Shown piece after piece: positions 40,202 through 49,665 of a stretch of 64,000 bases of DNA. Under the pieces are notes generated by a model that was given only the letters and a program-made list of their open reading frames with translations, had not been told where the DNA came from and did not search any database. This stretch comes from a virus (lineage: Duplodnaviria; Caudoviricetes). The stretch lies in the IMG/VR virus record IMGVR_UViG_3300015214_000001, positions 1-64,000 of that record; one strand, given 5' to 3'. The translations under genes were made by a program, and so were the position numbers. Numbering within the stretch: the stretch's first letter is position 1; each line of letters opens with the position of its first letter.

Positions 40202-40579
40202 CTAATTATATAGGTCAATGAAATTTGATAGGTCAAATAGCATAGTAAACATTTTTCCACGTTCTGATAAGATCGCTTGCATTTCGTACCCATTATTCTT
40301 GATGGATTCTAGCAAACCTATTTCGGTTAAAATGTCAAAGTTATCACGCGGAATATGATCGTATATTTCCCAATACTTATGATTATGCGATGCTTTATAT
40401 AAAATTTCACATTGAGCATTCGTCAGCAAATGGAACGTAGTCAATTCTCTGATATAGATAAGTAATTGATTTAAACACTCATTTGTATCAAATCCACTGT
40501 CCACTAAAACATGGTATGTCGATTTGGCTTGCTCTAGCTGCTCATCATAATCAGGTTTTTTATTTGTTTTATTGTACAT
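40202..40579 (-). CDS. Hypothetical protein
   Basis: 125 aa ORF. Confidence 0.75.
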   Translation of the reverse strand: MYNKTNKKPDYDEQLEQAKSTYHVLVDSGFDTNECLNQLLIYIRELTTFHLLTNAQCEILYKASHNHKYWEIYDHIPRDNFDILTEIGLLESIKNNGYEMQAILSERGKMFTMLFDLSNFIDLYN

Positions 40580-40826
40580 TTTCGCTAACCAATCCTGATG
40601 CTTGCAAGATATTCCTAAACATCTTTGTTGATCGAGTTTTCTCTAAATCCAGTTCAACCCACGTTTTATGGTAAGTCGGATCAGCAAATCGAACATAAAC
40701 ATTGCCACTGACTGTGCGAGACATTTTCACGACAGCAACTTCACTTCCTAACTCTACTTTGAACACAACTTCATGTTCCAAAATACTATCATCTAGTGAA
40801 AATGATAATTTAACGCCTTTGGTCAT
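40569..40826 (-). CDS. Hypothetical protein
   Basis: 85 aa ORF with RBS. Confidence 0.7.
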   Translation of the reverse strand: MTKGVKLSFSLDDSILEHEVVFKVELGSEVAVVKMSRTVSGNVYVRFADPTYHKTWVELDLEKTRSTKMFRNILQASGLVSENVQ

Positions 40827-40886
40827 GATTAAATCCTCTCATCCTTTTTCGGAAAATATAACATATAATGTCAATTTTTCAAATTG

Positions 40887-41225
40887 TTATTTTATTTCTC
40901 TAGCACACATACGCACTAGGATAGTTTTAAGATCACTATCACTGCGATGGTCAATAAATTGTCCAGCTAAAACAAGATCAAGTATATTTTCGCTCAAGTA
41001 TAAATGAGTAGCATACATAAGAGACACTGTGTATGTGAGTTTGTTTTTGCCGCCAGCTTTTCCTACCGTCGATAATGTTACCCTTACTTTATCCCACTCA
41101 TCATCACTATTACTAGATAGGATCACTTGTAACTCAACAAGCACATAATACCCATGCCAGAACACGATATGTCTAACATTATTCTTGTAGCTAAATATAT
41201 CCTTTTTGCGAATTTTAAAAACCAT
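40887..41225 (-). CDS. Hypothetical protein
   Basis: 112 aa ORF. Confidence 0.7.
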   Translation of the reverse strand: MVFKIRKKDIFSYKNNVRHIVFWHGYYVLVELQVILSSNSDDEWDKVRVTLSTVGKAGGKNKLTYTVSLMYATHLYLSENILDLVLAGQFIDHRSDSDLKTILVRMCAREIK

Positions 41226-41291
41226 ATAACCTCAACATAAGTTAAAAAGGGAAGGTCTATTTCAACCCTCCCCTTTTTACTCCCAATTTAT

Positions 41292-41996
41292 TCATTCGGT
41301 CAAGAGTGATTTACCTGCGCTCATCGTCTCCAGTGGGTATGGATATGTCTCAACCCAGTTGCTACTAATTCCACGCACGCCTGTAACTTCAAGTTCATCA
41401 GCCCGACTATCCATGCCTCGGGCGCGATATTCTTGCACAATTGCTTCGATCACTCTGTAAATATTGATATACGCCGACGCATTATCAGGTTTTTCGTAAG
41501 TCACCGTTTTAAGTAAATCATCATCATAACCACCAACACCAAGTAACACAATGAAAGTGCTTACTCGATTGGCATTGATGAACGTTGTTAGATACAACGT
41601 TTCTAATAATGGTTCGTCAATGCCGTAGCCAATATAATATTTTGACGTGTTTCCATCACGCATAACAACAGGGATGTTGCTCATATAAATTGCGTTAGGA
41701 TCAGGGATGATTTCTTCATCGTTATGAGGGTTTTCATCTACAGGGATTAATTGGAGTTGCTGAGAATACTCATTAACACCACGATTGAAGCAGACAATGA
41801 TTTTTTGAATATCATCATCATCAAACTCAAGGAGGCCCTTTTCCACTAACACCTGACGAACTTTCGTTTCAATGCGGTCAGTATACATATGGGGCGTATT
41901 GTTGAATTCACCTGCGTAAGCATAACCGATATTTCGGAATTCTGCAAGTAAGTTTAGCAAATTCGTTGGTGTATAGGGGTTATTATCGTTGGACAT
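41292..41996 (-). CDS. Hypothetical protein
   Basis: 234 aa ORF, AAGGAG RBS, own promoter. Confidence 0.8.
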   Translation of the reverse strand: MSNDNNPYTPTNLLNLLAEFRNIGYAYAGEFNNTPHMYTDRIETKVRQVLVEKGLLEFDDDDIQKIIVCFNRGVNEYSQQLQLIPVDENPHNDEEIIPDPNAIYMSNIPVVMRDGNTSKYYIGYGIDEPLLETLYLTTFINANRVSTFIVLLGVGGYDDDLLKTVTYEKPDNASAYINIYRVIEAIVQEYRARGMDSRADELEVTGVRGISSNWVETYPYPLETMSAGKSLLTE

Positions 41997-42037
41997 TTTA
42001 TGTAGCTCCTTGTGCTTTTAATTAATCTTATAGACTA

Positions 42038-42067
42038 ATTCTACCCCCCCCACAATGAATCTGTCAA
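42038..42067 (-). promoter_or_regulatory. Poly-G-spacer sigma70 promoter
   Basis: TTGACA-GATTCATTGT-G8-TAGAAT (18 bp). Confidence 0.8.
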
Positions 42068-42165
42068 TGTAATGATTGTTAAATTATGATTAAGAACTTG
42101 AATCTAAATCAGGCGCATGAAAATATTGCGTCTGATTTAGACAATTACATTCAACTACAACTTAT

Positions 42166-42873
42166 CTATAAGAACCAGATATGACCGCTAAGACCGTTAT
42201 CTGTTAACCATGATGCTATATTCTCTGATAATGGGTGCATGTCCGATGTTCTGATGTTATCATCTGTGATTTGGGGTTGATTGCGCGAATCATAGAATTT
42301 AGCAATTCCGCCTCTGTGATTAAAATGCCAATCAACTGAGCATATCTGCATATCATCATCTACAATCTCACATTTATATGCGCGATCATGTGCGCTAATA
42401 GAAATATTGCGACCAAGAGCTTCTCTATACATCGTATTGATAGACCCTGTATGACTTTCCGATTGCTCCCAATCGCCATAAAGGGGTAAAAGCATCAACC
42501 AGTCGGCATAATCTGTTAACACATCAATAATGCGATTTGTGCTGACATGATACTTGACTGTTGGTGGCAATAAATCATCCTTGATTGAAACAGTCATCCA
42601 TACACTATCGCCATTTTCAAGCTCAAGTGTTACGAAAAAATGTTTCGTTTTATCGCATAGCATGAGTTTTCCTTCACCTACAAAAGAAACTGACCAAAAT
42701 TCGTGCTTAAATGCCCTATTTGCAAAGGCAATGCGATAAACCAAAGCAAGATGATTATTAACAAGATGATTGTTAACAGTTATAACATCTTCACATATAA
42801 TATCCATACCCTCATCATCGGGATGCTCTAATAAACACCACTCACCAACCAGTGACAACAATTTGCTACTCAT
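42166..42873 (-). CDS. Hypothetical protein
   Basis: 235 aa ORF. Confidence 0.8.
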   Translation of the reverse strand: MSSKLLSLVGEWCLLEHPDDEGMDIICEDVITVNNHLVNNHLALVYRIAFANRAFKHEFWSVSFVGEGKLMLCDKTKHFFVTLELENGDSVWMTVSIKDDLLPPTVKYHVSTNRIIDVLTDYADWLMLLPLYGDWEQSESHTGSINTMYREALGRNISISAHDRAYKCEIVDDDMQICSVDWHFNHRGGIAKFYDSRNQPQITDDNIRTSDMHPLSENIASWLTDNGLSGHIWFL

Positions 42874-43474
42874 TTATTTGCTCCTTCTTGATTATATCGG
42901 CAATAACCGACCATGCTAATGAGCCAGATAAGAAACTAGCAAACCACGATGGCGCTAATTCATGACGAATATCTACCTTTACATCGTTAGAAAAATTTAA
43001 TATATTAACATGGCTGAATATTAAATCCGTGCTATTCTCTCCACCAAATCGACATGAATTATCATTGCTAGAAAATTCGATGTAATCAGCCCATGAAGGC
43101 GAATAATGCAATTGCATCGACAGCGGAATAGGATAATTAGATAGAGGTCTAATAGTACTCCATATTCTAGTAAGTACGCCAATGCGAATAGCACTAAAAA
43201 TTGCAATTAATCGCATCATCACTTTATCGGGATCAAATAATAAATTGTGAAGATCAATATCCTGAATAGAGAGATTATGCCAACCATCCAGATCAAGCAT
43301 TCTTAGCGCTGATCTCATCGCTGCATAATGATATGGAAATCCTGGTGCATTTAAGCGATATTTGATAACATATTCATCGCCTCTAAGTGTAATTTCAAAA
43401 ACAATTTTTTCGCTGAATGCGATAAATACAAGGCGCGTAAGTTTTCCATCATCGCTAACTTCATGAACCAACAC
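42866..43474 (-). CDS. Hypothetical protein, family D (5' end probably extends through an A7 frameshift)
   Basis: MRLIAIFSAI / WFASFLSG resemble 43934-44599. Confidence 0.7.
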   Translation of the reverse strand: MLVHEVSDDGKLTRLVFIAFSEKIVFEITLRGDEYVIKYRLNAPGFPYHYAAMRSALRMLDLDGWHNLSIQDIDLHNLLFDPDKVMMRLIAIFSAIRIGVLTRIWSTIRPLSNYPIPLSMQLHYSPSWADYIEFSSNDNSCRFGGENSTDLIFSHVNILNFSNDVKVDIRHELAPSWFASFLSGSLAWSVIADIIKKEQINE

Positions 43475-43576
43475 ATCATTACCTTCTTTTTTTAAAAGAT
43501 TGTAGATGTTTGGATCATTGATAAGAGTCGTTGCTATTTTTTTCGTTGCTGTGTTGCCATAACTGTGTCATTTGTG

Positions 43577-43921
43577 TCATTGGGGAATTTCCTTTAATAA
43601 TTTGTGTTTTTGCCTTAATTCGCTAACAATCGTCTTTGCAAGATTAATGTGTCCTTCTTGCAAGAAAGTATTATTGTCTTTATTACTTGCAATTACAAGG
43701 GCAATTCCTGATTCAATGAGACGCAATGCACCTTCAAGGTCAGCGCTATAAGTTGAAATTAAACTATCGCAATTGGGATGAACTATTCGCCTACTGGTCA
43801 GCACAATAGAGCCGTTATGTGTTGAACTCATCCGCATTAAGTCTCCCTGGTGCAAGACAAGGCGACCTCGTTTAGCAAGTGGATTTTTAACTCTAATATA
43901 TTTCCAAGCATTATTGGTCAT
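43577..43921 (-). CDS. Hypothetical protein
   Basis: 114 aa ORF. Confidence 0.7.
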   Translation of the reverse strand: MTNNAWKYIRVKNPLAKRGRLVLHQGDLMRMSSTHNGSIVLTSRRIVHPNCDSLISTYSADLEGALRLIESGIALVIASNKDNNTFLQEGHINLAKTIVSELRQKHKLLKEIPQ

Positions 43922-43933
43922 GTTATACCCCTT

Positions 43934-44599
43934 CTATAGATGGTTAAAATTTAAGTCGTAACCTAGTAACCACATCGCAAACCATGTAGAGCAATAGTCG
44001 CGGTCTTTGCTGTAAGAAAATTCGCAGATTCCTTTTACTTGATCGGAATCTCTCAATAGACGAAAGTTAAGCATTGCACCATCGTCAACCCTAACACTGC
44101 GGTCTTTATGTGTAAAGGTGATGCTATAACCATCGCGTCCATGTGCTTCATAAGCTCCAATATGGTCTGCGTCATATGGAACGAATTCTTCTAATATATC
44201 CTTAGTGGGGTTTATGCCTGACATGAGACCGCTATAAATAGCAATCATCCGAATGATTAACAGACGATCATCTACCATGAAATTCGGGAATGTTAAGTTA
44301 TTCATATCGAGGCGCTGAGGCGTTCCTACAATGCGTCGTGCTGTTTCTTTGGTGTTGACTTCTAAAGTGACATCCGCGCCTTCAACTGCGTTTCCAACGA
44401 ATTTAACCCTTACTTTCCGATCTAGCAATAACACGATCAGCACTTCTTTTCCATCTTCATTGATGTAGTAATTCTCAACATCACAACCTAAATTCGCAGA
44501 TGACGCTAACGCATAAACGGATGCTTGTTTGTTGTTGTCATCAACGCTCATGTTCCACCATGTTATAAACTTTTTTGATAGACTTTGCTTATCCTTCAT
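43934..44599 (-). CDS. Hypothetical protein, family D
   Basis: IRMIAIYSGL / WFAMWLLG. Confidence 0.75.
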   Translation of the reverse strand: MKDKQSLSKKFITWWNMSVDDNNKQASVYALASSANLGCDVENYYINEDGKEVLIVLLLDRKVRVKFVGNAVEGADVTLEVNTKETARRIVGTPQRLDMNNLTFPNFMVDDRLLIIRMIAIYSGLMSGINPTKDILEEFVPYDADHIGAYEAHGRDGYSITFTHKDRSVRVDDGAMLNFRLLRDSDQVKGICEFSYSKDRDYCSTWFAMWLLGYDLNFNHL

Positions 44600-45359
44600 G
44601 TCTTGAACTCTCTTTCATTTCGTGGCGCGATCTTCTTATATCACGCGCATATGCTATGTGGTTAAACACAATCGTTTTGCGATACTCGCGTGACAACGCA
44701 TTACGATTATCATTGATTAATTGTATCGTTTCTTCTGGGGTGGGATTAGTCCACGATGCTAATTGCGTAGTCAATACCCCTTTTATGATTTCTGGCACAT
44801 TGCCGATAAACCACGCTGTATTAAAAGTTGCGCTTCCATACCAACTTTTACGCGGCATTTCAAAATTGATCCTGCCATGCGGTAAAACCATTAACATGCC
44901 GTGTCGCTGAATCATGTTTTGTAACGCCTTGCTGCCAAGTGAATCTAATGGCATCAGTAGAGCAAATGGTTTTCCTAAAGCATAAGCGCGGGCCATCCAT
45001 TTGTATTTCAAAGAATATGGTGGGTTCGTGATTTGCACATCATATTCTTCTGCCAGTGGGGTATAAGTGCTATCAAAGTAATCTTGTCCAGTTAATTTGT
45101 CCCCAATGATAACCTTTTTATCCATTTGGATAAGATGGTAAGCTAGATAGCGCTTACCACACGCTGGCTCATATACACGATCATGGTTCATGATTGACGC
45201 TGGCAACATAGATAGAACCTGTGGCGGTGACTGGCAACGATCCTTAGCTGAAACTTTCTTGCTGGATTTTTGCCTTACTTTGCGACCTACGACAGGTAAA
45301 CTAGTTGACTTCGGTTTAGATTTCACTATCAATTCTCCAATCATCACACTCATCACCAA
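44589..45359 (-). CDS. Orphan N6-adenine/N4-cytosine methyltransferase-like protein
   Basis: Motif I VYEPACG, motif IV ITNPPYS, KPFALLMP, GRINF. Confidence 0.8.
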   Translation of the reverse strand: MVMSVMIGELIVKSKPKSTSLPVVGRKVRQKSSKKVSAKDRCQSPPQVLSMLPASIMNHDRVYEPACGKRYLAYHLIQMDKKVIIGDKLTGQDYFDSTYTPLAEEYDVQITNPPYSLKYKWMARAYALGKPFALLMPLDSLGSKALQNMIQRHGMLMVLPHGRINFEMPRKSWYGSATFNTAWFIGNVPEIIKGVLTTQLASWTNPTPEETIQLINDNRNALSREYRKTIVFNHIAYARDIRRSRHEMKESSRHEG

Positions 45360-46218
45360 AATAATTATTTAATTTTGACCGAGTGTAATCACTTACATAT
45401 GTGAACCCTTCATATTTATCCTCATGGTTTGGCTTTTTCTTGCTATCAATATATTCTAAGGCATCGAATATTAACTTGCGTATATCTTCAAGTAAGGACT
45501 TGAGGTTATGTTTGTTTAACTCATTGTTCTTCGTGTTGGACATACCATTTAAGAAACTTAACACGTATGTATATGTGTCGAATAAGTCACGCACATGGAC
45601 TCGTGTAGCACTAGCATCTAAGTCAGCTAGATTTCCCTTAAATCGTATTAAGACTGGGTAATGCCCGTGGGAGATCAACTTTAATGAGCCATCCTCGTCT
45701 ATATTCTCTATATGAATATAACACTCTCTGGCAATATCACACCACAAGCCGTTAATCATGGCATTAATAAGCGCAAGAAATGGTGATACATGAGTTGGTC
45801 TATCAAAAGAGCCTGATCCAATAAGTGGTGAATATGGCATCTTATTGGAAGCTATATCCTCTAGTATTCTTGCTACAATTACATTGGGAGTATCACAGTC
45901 TCTATTGCGGAAAACAAAGCGAATAGGAGCTAAATACTTCCATTGTTTGGGTGCTGTGTCAATGATATATAACGTAGCACAAAACCCTAAGTCTGATGAT
46001 CTTAAATCATGCTTCATGTCATCGTCATAAGATAGCGATACACCCACTCTATAATGGTCAAATGTATCCCATTTCAAGAACATTCTTTTATGTAATCCCG
46101 ATTTAAACACGACACTATATGGCAGAGGATTACCCTTCACATACTTGAAAGCAAGATGATCGGCTCGGAGTCCAATAAAGCCATCAACATTGTTCTTAAT
46201 CTTTGAAAAAAGTCCCAT
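45316..46218 (-). CDS. Hypothetical protein
   Basis: 300 aa ORF. Confidence 0.75.
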   Translation of the reverse strand: MGLFSKIKNNVDGFIGLRADHLAFKYVKGNPLPYSVVFKSGLHKRMFLKWDTFDHYRVGVSLSYDDDMKHDLRSSDLGFCATLYIIDTAPKQWKYLAPIRFVFRNRDCDTPNVIVARILEDIASNKMPYSPLIGSGSFDRPTHVSPFLALINAMINGLWCDIARECYIHIENIDEDGSLKLISHGHYPVLIRFKGNLADLDASATRVHVRDLFDTYTYVLSFLNGMSNTKNNELNKHNLKSLLEDIRKLIFDALEYIDSKKKPNHEDKYEGFTYVSDYTRSKLNNYFGDECDDWRIDSEI

Positions 46219-46242
46219 ATAATCCCTTTCTTGTTTATTTGT

Positions 46243-47396
46243 TTAAAAACGTGGAGTTCCACGTTTTTCTATCTCGCGCTCCCATATATGTAAGGGGCGT
46301 TTCTTGCCATCTTTAACAGCGATCAATTGAAACCCTAAGCTATTAAAAAATTGATTAGCTTGCTCATTGTTGTAAACACAAGTCGCACGCTTAGGAGATG
46401 CTGGCAATGATGCTATTAACCCACTGCCAACCCTATTGCCCATCATTTGTGCTTTCTGATCTACTGCGATTTCATAGATTGTTATCCAACCATCGCGTCG
46501 CAAGTGGAAACGACAAAAACCTACAACACTGCCATTATGTTCAGCTACGATTAATTCTTTTTTCGCAATACTATCACGTAGCGATGGATAACGCAAGTAT
46601 CCGATTGCATCTGGATGCTGATTAGCAATCTGCTTAATGGCAACTATATCACTCTCTACGCCCCACCTAATGCCAGCAACAGTTCTATTCCAGTAAGATT
46701 TCCAATTCATTACGGATAATTCAAAACAAAAGTAAGGCACATCGTTATGAATGTCAGAAAATTTACTTTCACTCAAAAGTGGAAAGTGCCGATTAACGTA
46801 ACCTGAATAGTTACCACTATTGCCACAGAAAAATCCACATGGGTAATTTGCCATTTTTTGAATAAAATTTCCATCCAGACTTACAACATTTTCTATCATA
46901 TGGAATAACTTCATTTGTCTTTGGGGTGATCCACCCAATAAATGCGTAGGCCTAGCGCCAAACTCTTTAGGATTAACTGATGTGCCTTTAGCATATTGAG
47001 TATTACCGCCAGTAGCTACCGAATAAGCTAACCTAATCGGCTTTCCGTTAATGCTATCGGGGATTCGATCAATAATACCCTTCACCTTAGGGATAATTAA
47101 TACTGCTTCTGATACGAGCTTAGATATAACATCAGCCCATTGCATAACCTCATCAAATTGTTCTTCTCGTTCTAAATCTTTGACTGTGGCTAACCTTAAA
47201 TTATGTTCAGAAACAGCATTGGCGTATTGCTCCAATGTCAAGTTGGGGTTATTCCAGTCTTGATCTGCAAATTCTATAGGGTGATGGTTGTTAAGTGGCA
47301 ATTGTGATCCATAGGTTAATCCGTGTCGGATCGCTATCTCAGCAAAGCGCTGATTATTTCCAGCGCAATAAATTATTTCGGGGGGGGTAGAGCCAT
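46243..47396 (-). CDS. DUF6610-like TIM-barrel fused to GNAT acetyltransferase, frameshifted at C8 tract
   Basis: HLLGGSP..Q and SLDGN motifs; C-terminal IYEIAV...G.G...N..AN.FF..LGF; C9 at 47380-47387 restores MALPPPEIIYCAGNN (384 aa). Confidence 0.7.
46245..46268. repeat. 24-bp palindrome, copy 8
   Basis: AAAAACGTGGAGTTCCACGTTTTT overlapping the last codons (KRGTPRF) of the GNAT fusion. Confidence 0.95.
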
Positions 47397-47484
47397 GTTC
47401 TTCTATCCTTATAAATAAACCTTAAAAGCCACACAAGTAACTAGAGTGGCTTTTAAGGTCACAAAATACTACAAGAAGGTCTGG

Positions 47485-48567
47485 TTATTCGTTGGCGAAC
47501 GTGTTAATTTCTCGTAACTTTGTCAGTATAGGCTCATCAGAAACGAAATCATCATCTACATTAACATAATCATTCCAAGAGATACCTAGCGCCTTCGAGA
47601 CCTCTTTAGCCATATATGATTTGGCGCATTTTTGACAATACCCTACGCGGGTTTCCTTATTCCAAGAGAATGCTGGATTCGTGTTGTCATGAGCATGATT
47701 GCCAAATGGACAAACTGTTAATTCAGAGAAGCCTCTATTATCAAAGTTGCTAACTCCCAACTTATCTATGATTAGATCATAATAGTCGTTATAAGTATTT
47801 TCGGACAGGCTAATTTCACCTGCGGTTTGTTCTTGAACTATTGACGATTCCTGAACAAGTAAGGCAATTTGATTTGCCAGTTCTTCAAGGTCGATTGGAT
47901 CATATTTAATTGTCCAATACCCACCAGCAGGAGCGCTATAGCTATGGCGCTCTACATATTTCCAATATATTTCTTCCGCGTTATCACTTGTCTTGTAAAC
48001 TTTTGATAAGGCAAGATCAACTTCTTCATATTGCCAATCCCAATCTTCTTTGATGGTGTCAGGATTAACAACACATCCTAACACCTTACCATCAGTGAAC
48101 GCTACGCGAACCTCTAATGCGTAGTGGGTTCTTCCAGTCTGGGAGCGACGAAACAAATATACTGTATCATCTGGACTGATGACAAATTGTTCGTCATGTG
48201 TTCCCATCTCGTCTTGCCAATAAGTAGGCAGATTGTGTAAGACAAAAAGGTTCTTGCGACGATAAAGACCACTCGGTCTTGAAGCATATAGCCATGGTTC
48301 ACCCTGGCTATTTAATGATACCAACACGCGCTCTTTGCGACGAGTATCATCGAATTCTGTAACCCACAGTTCTTCTTCTCCATTATGAGTAGCAGCCACA
48401 ATGGATACCTGATTGTGGAGAAACCAACGATCATGGCTGTTATCATCTGCTCTTAACTTGGATGTTTTTCCTGCTTCGGTGATGATATTATGCAGCTTCT
48501 TTGCAACTGCATAACGATTGTTATGGTTGCTATCTGTCAATTGGCTCACTAAATGTTTGATGTCCAT
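47485..48567 (-). CDS. Hypothetical protein with C-terminal CHC2-like zinc finger
   Basis: CPF..HAHD..PAFSW....YCQKC resembles the primase zinc-binding domain. Confidence 0.65.
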   Translation of the reverse strand: MDIKHLVSQLTDSNHNNRYAVAKKLHNIITEAGKTSKLRADDNSHDRWFLHNQVSIVAATHNGEEELWVTEFDDTRRKERVLVSLNSQGEPWLYASRPSGLYRRKNLFVLHNLPTYWQDEMGTHDEQFVISPDDTVYLFRRSQTGRTHYALEVRVAFTDGKVLGCVVNPDTIKEDWDWQYEEVDLALSKVYKTSDNAEEIYWKYVERHSYSAPAGGYWTIKYDPIDLEELANQIALLVQESSIVQEQTAGEISLSENTYNDYYDLIIDKLGVSNFDNRGFSELTVCPFGNHAHDNTNPAFSWNKETRVGYCQKCAKSYMAKEVSKALGISWNDYVNVDDDFVSDEPILTKLREINTFANE

Positions 48568-48605
48568 CAGGTTTTCCTTGTGTTTTTAATTAACTTTATA
48601 GTCTA

Positions 48606-48635
48606 ATTCTACCCCCCCCACATCGGGATCGTCAA
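48606..48635 (-). promoter_or_regulatory. Poly-G-spacer sigma70 promoter
   Basis: TTGACG-ATCCCGATGT-G8-TAGAAT (18 bp); leader similar to that at 42010-42043. Confidence 0.8.
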
Positions 48636-48646
48636 TCCTGTTATTG

Positions 48647-49240
48647 TTAAGGTGTTGTTAAGTTATCATCCATCGGCACATATATTGGTCTTTTGTATAA
48701 GTGAGTGGCAACTAACCACGCTGGATGGGTATCTAACACAACATTAGGCTTATTAGTCCTAACCTTCATATCTCGAATATATCTTTTGCCGATAATCAGT
48801 CCTTCTGTGGGTAGTATGTCGGTTCGCTTCCAAATGTTATGACGACAATCTGATGCGGGATATTCTCTTGTTCGATAATACTTACTTGTTACAATTATCG
48901 TTTTACCAAAGGGACTTTGATCTAAGGGTTGATGATCTGACAGTGTAATATCATCAGCAGCAATAGCAACTAATTTGCGGTCAATTGCAGTCGCCACATA
49001 GAATGCAGTAATCACGTTTGTTGTTTTGAATTCTTGCTCCCAGTCATATTCGTACTCAGATGACCAAGTATATGAAGAATACATCCCTTCTTTTACCCTT
49101 GCTCGATATACGATTATGCCTGTATTTGGCTCAACATTGCTTTTGACCCACTGCGTAACATGCCCGTTGCGGTCTTTCTCAGTATATACTTTCCTCATTG
49201 TTGTAGAGAATGACACTATCTGTCCTATATGATGTTTCAT
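48647..49240 (-). CDS. Hypothetical protein with internal domain duplication
   Basis: W...PNTGII...FYVATAIDRK vs W...PTEGLI...WLVATHLYKR. Confidence 0.75.
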   Translation of the reverse strand: MKHHIGQIVSFSTTMRKVYTEKDRNGHVTQWVKSNVEPNTGIIVYRARVKEGMYSSYTWSSEYEYDWEQEFKTTNVITAFYVATAIDRKLVAIAADDITLSDHQPLDQSPFGKTIIVTSKYYRTREYPASDCRHNIWKRTDILPTEGLIIGKRYIRDMKVRTNKPNVVLDTHPAWLVATHLYKRPIYVPMDDNLTTP

Positions 49241-49345
49241 ATCAAAACCCCTTTATATAGATATGGAGCGTACTATATAACAAAACGCCCATGCGATCAA
49301 GGCACAGGCGCAAATAATTTATTCTGTTTTTATCATAACTAGTTG

Positions 49346-49612
49346 TTATAGGTTACGCCATTCCCTTGCAGAGTAAGTAGCGCCATTTTTCCCGCGCACC
49401 TTACCTGGAGTAATTGACGCGATATTGCCACCACTGGCTGTATTTGTAATCTTTTCACCAGCGATCCAAGTCAAAGCGCCACGTCTATGGGCATCTTTTA
49501 ATTCTTGAGCATCTTGCTCATCAATTGTTACGTCAAAATCATGATCGACTAATCGTATGATTTCACGTAATGGGGTTGAAGATGTGATTTTCTTAAAACT
49601 TTTACTTGACAT
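49346..49612 (-). CDS. Hypothetical protein
   Basis: 88 aa ORF with GGAG RBS. Confidence 0.75.
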   Translation of the reverse strand: MSSKSFKKITSSTPLREIIRLVDHDFDVTIDEQDAQELKDAHRRGALTWIAGEKITNTASGGNIASITPGKVRGKNGATYSAREWRNL

Positions 49613-49665
49613 TTATATATCTCCAATATATTTGAAATCCCATCAAGATACAGCATAGCACAAAA

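Noticed and set aside
1-48635. G-tracts as intramolecular G-quadruplexes
   Set aside because: They are single isolated runs, not four clustered G-runs.
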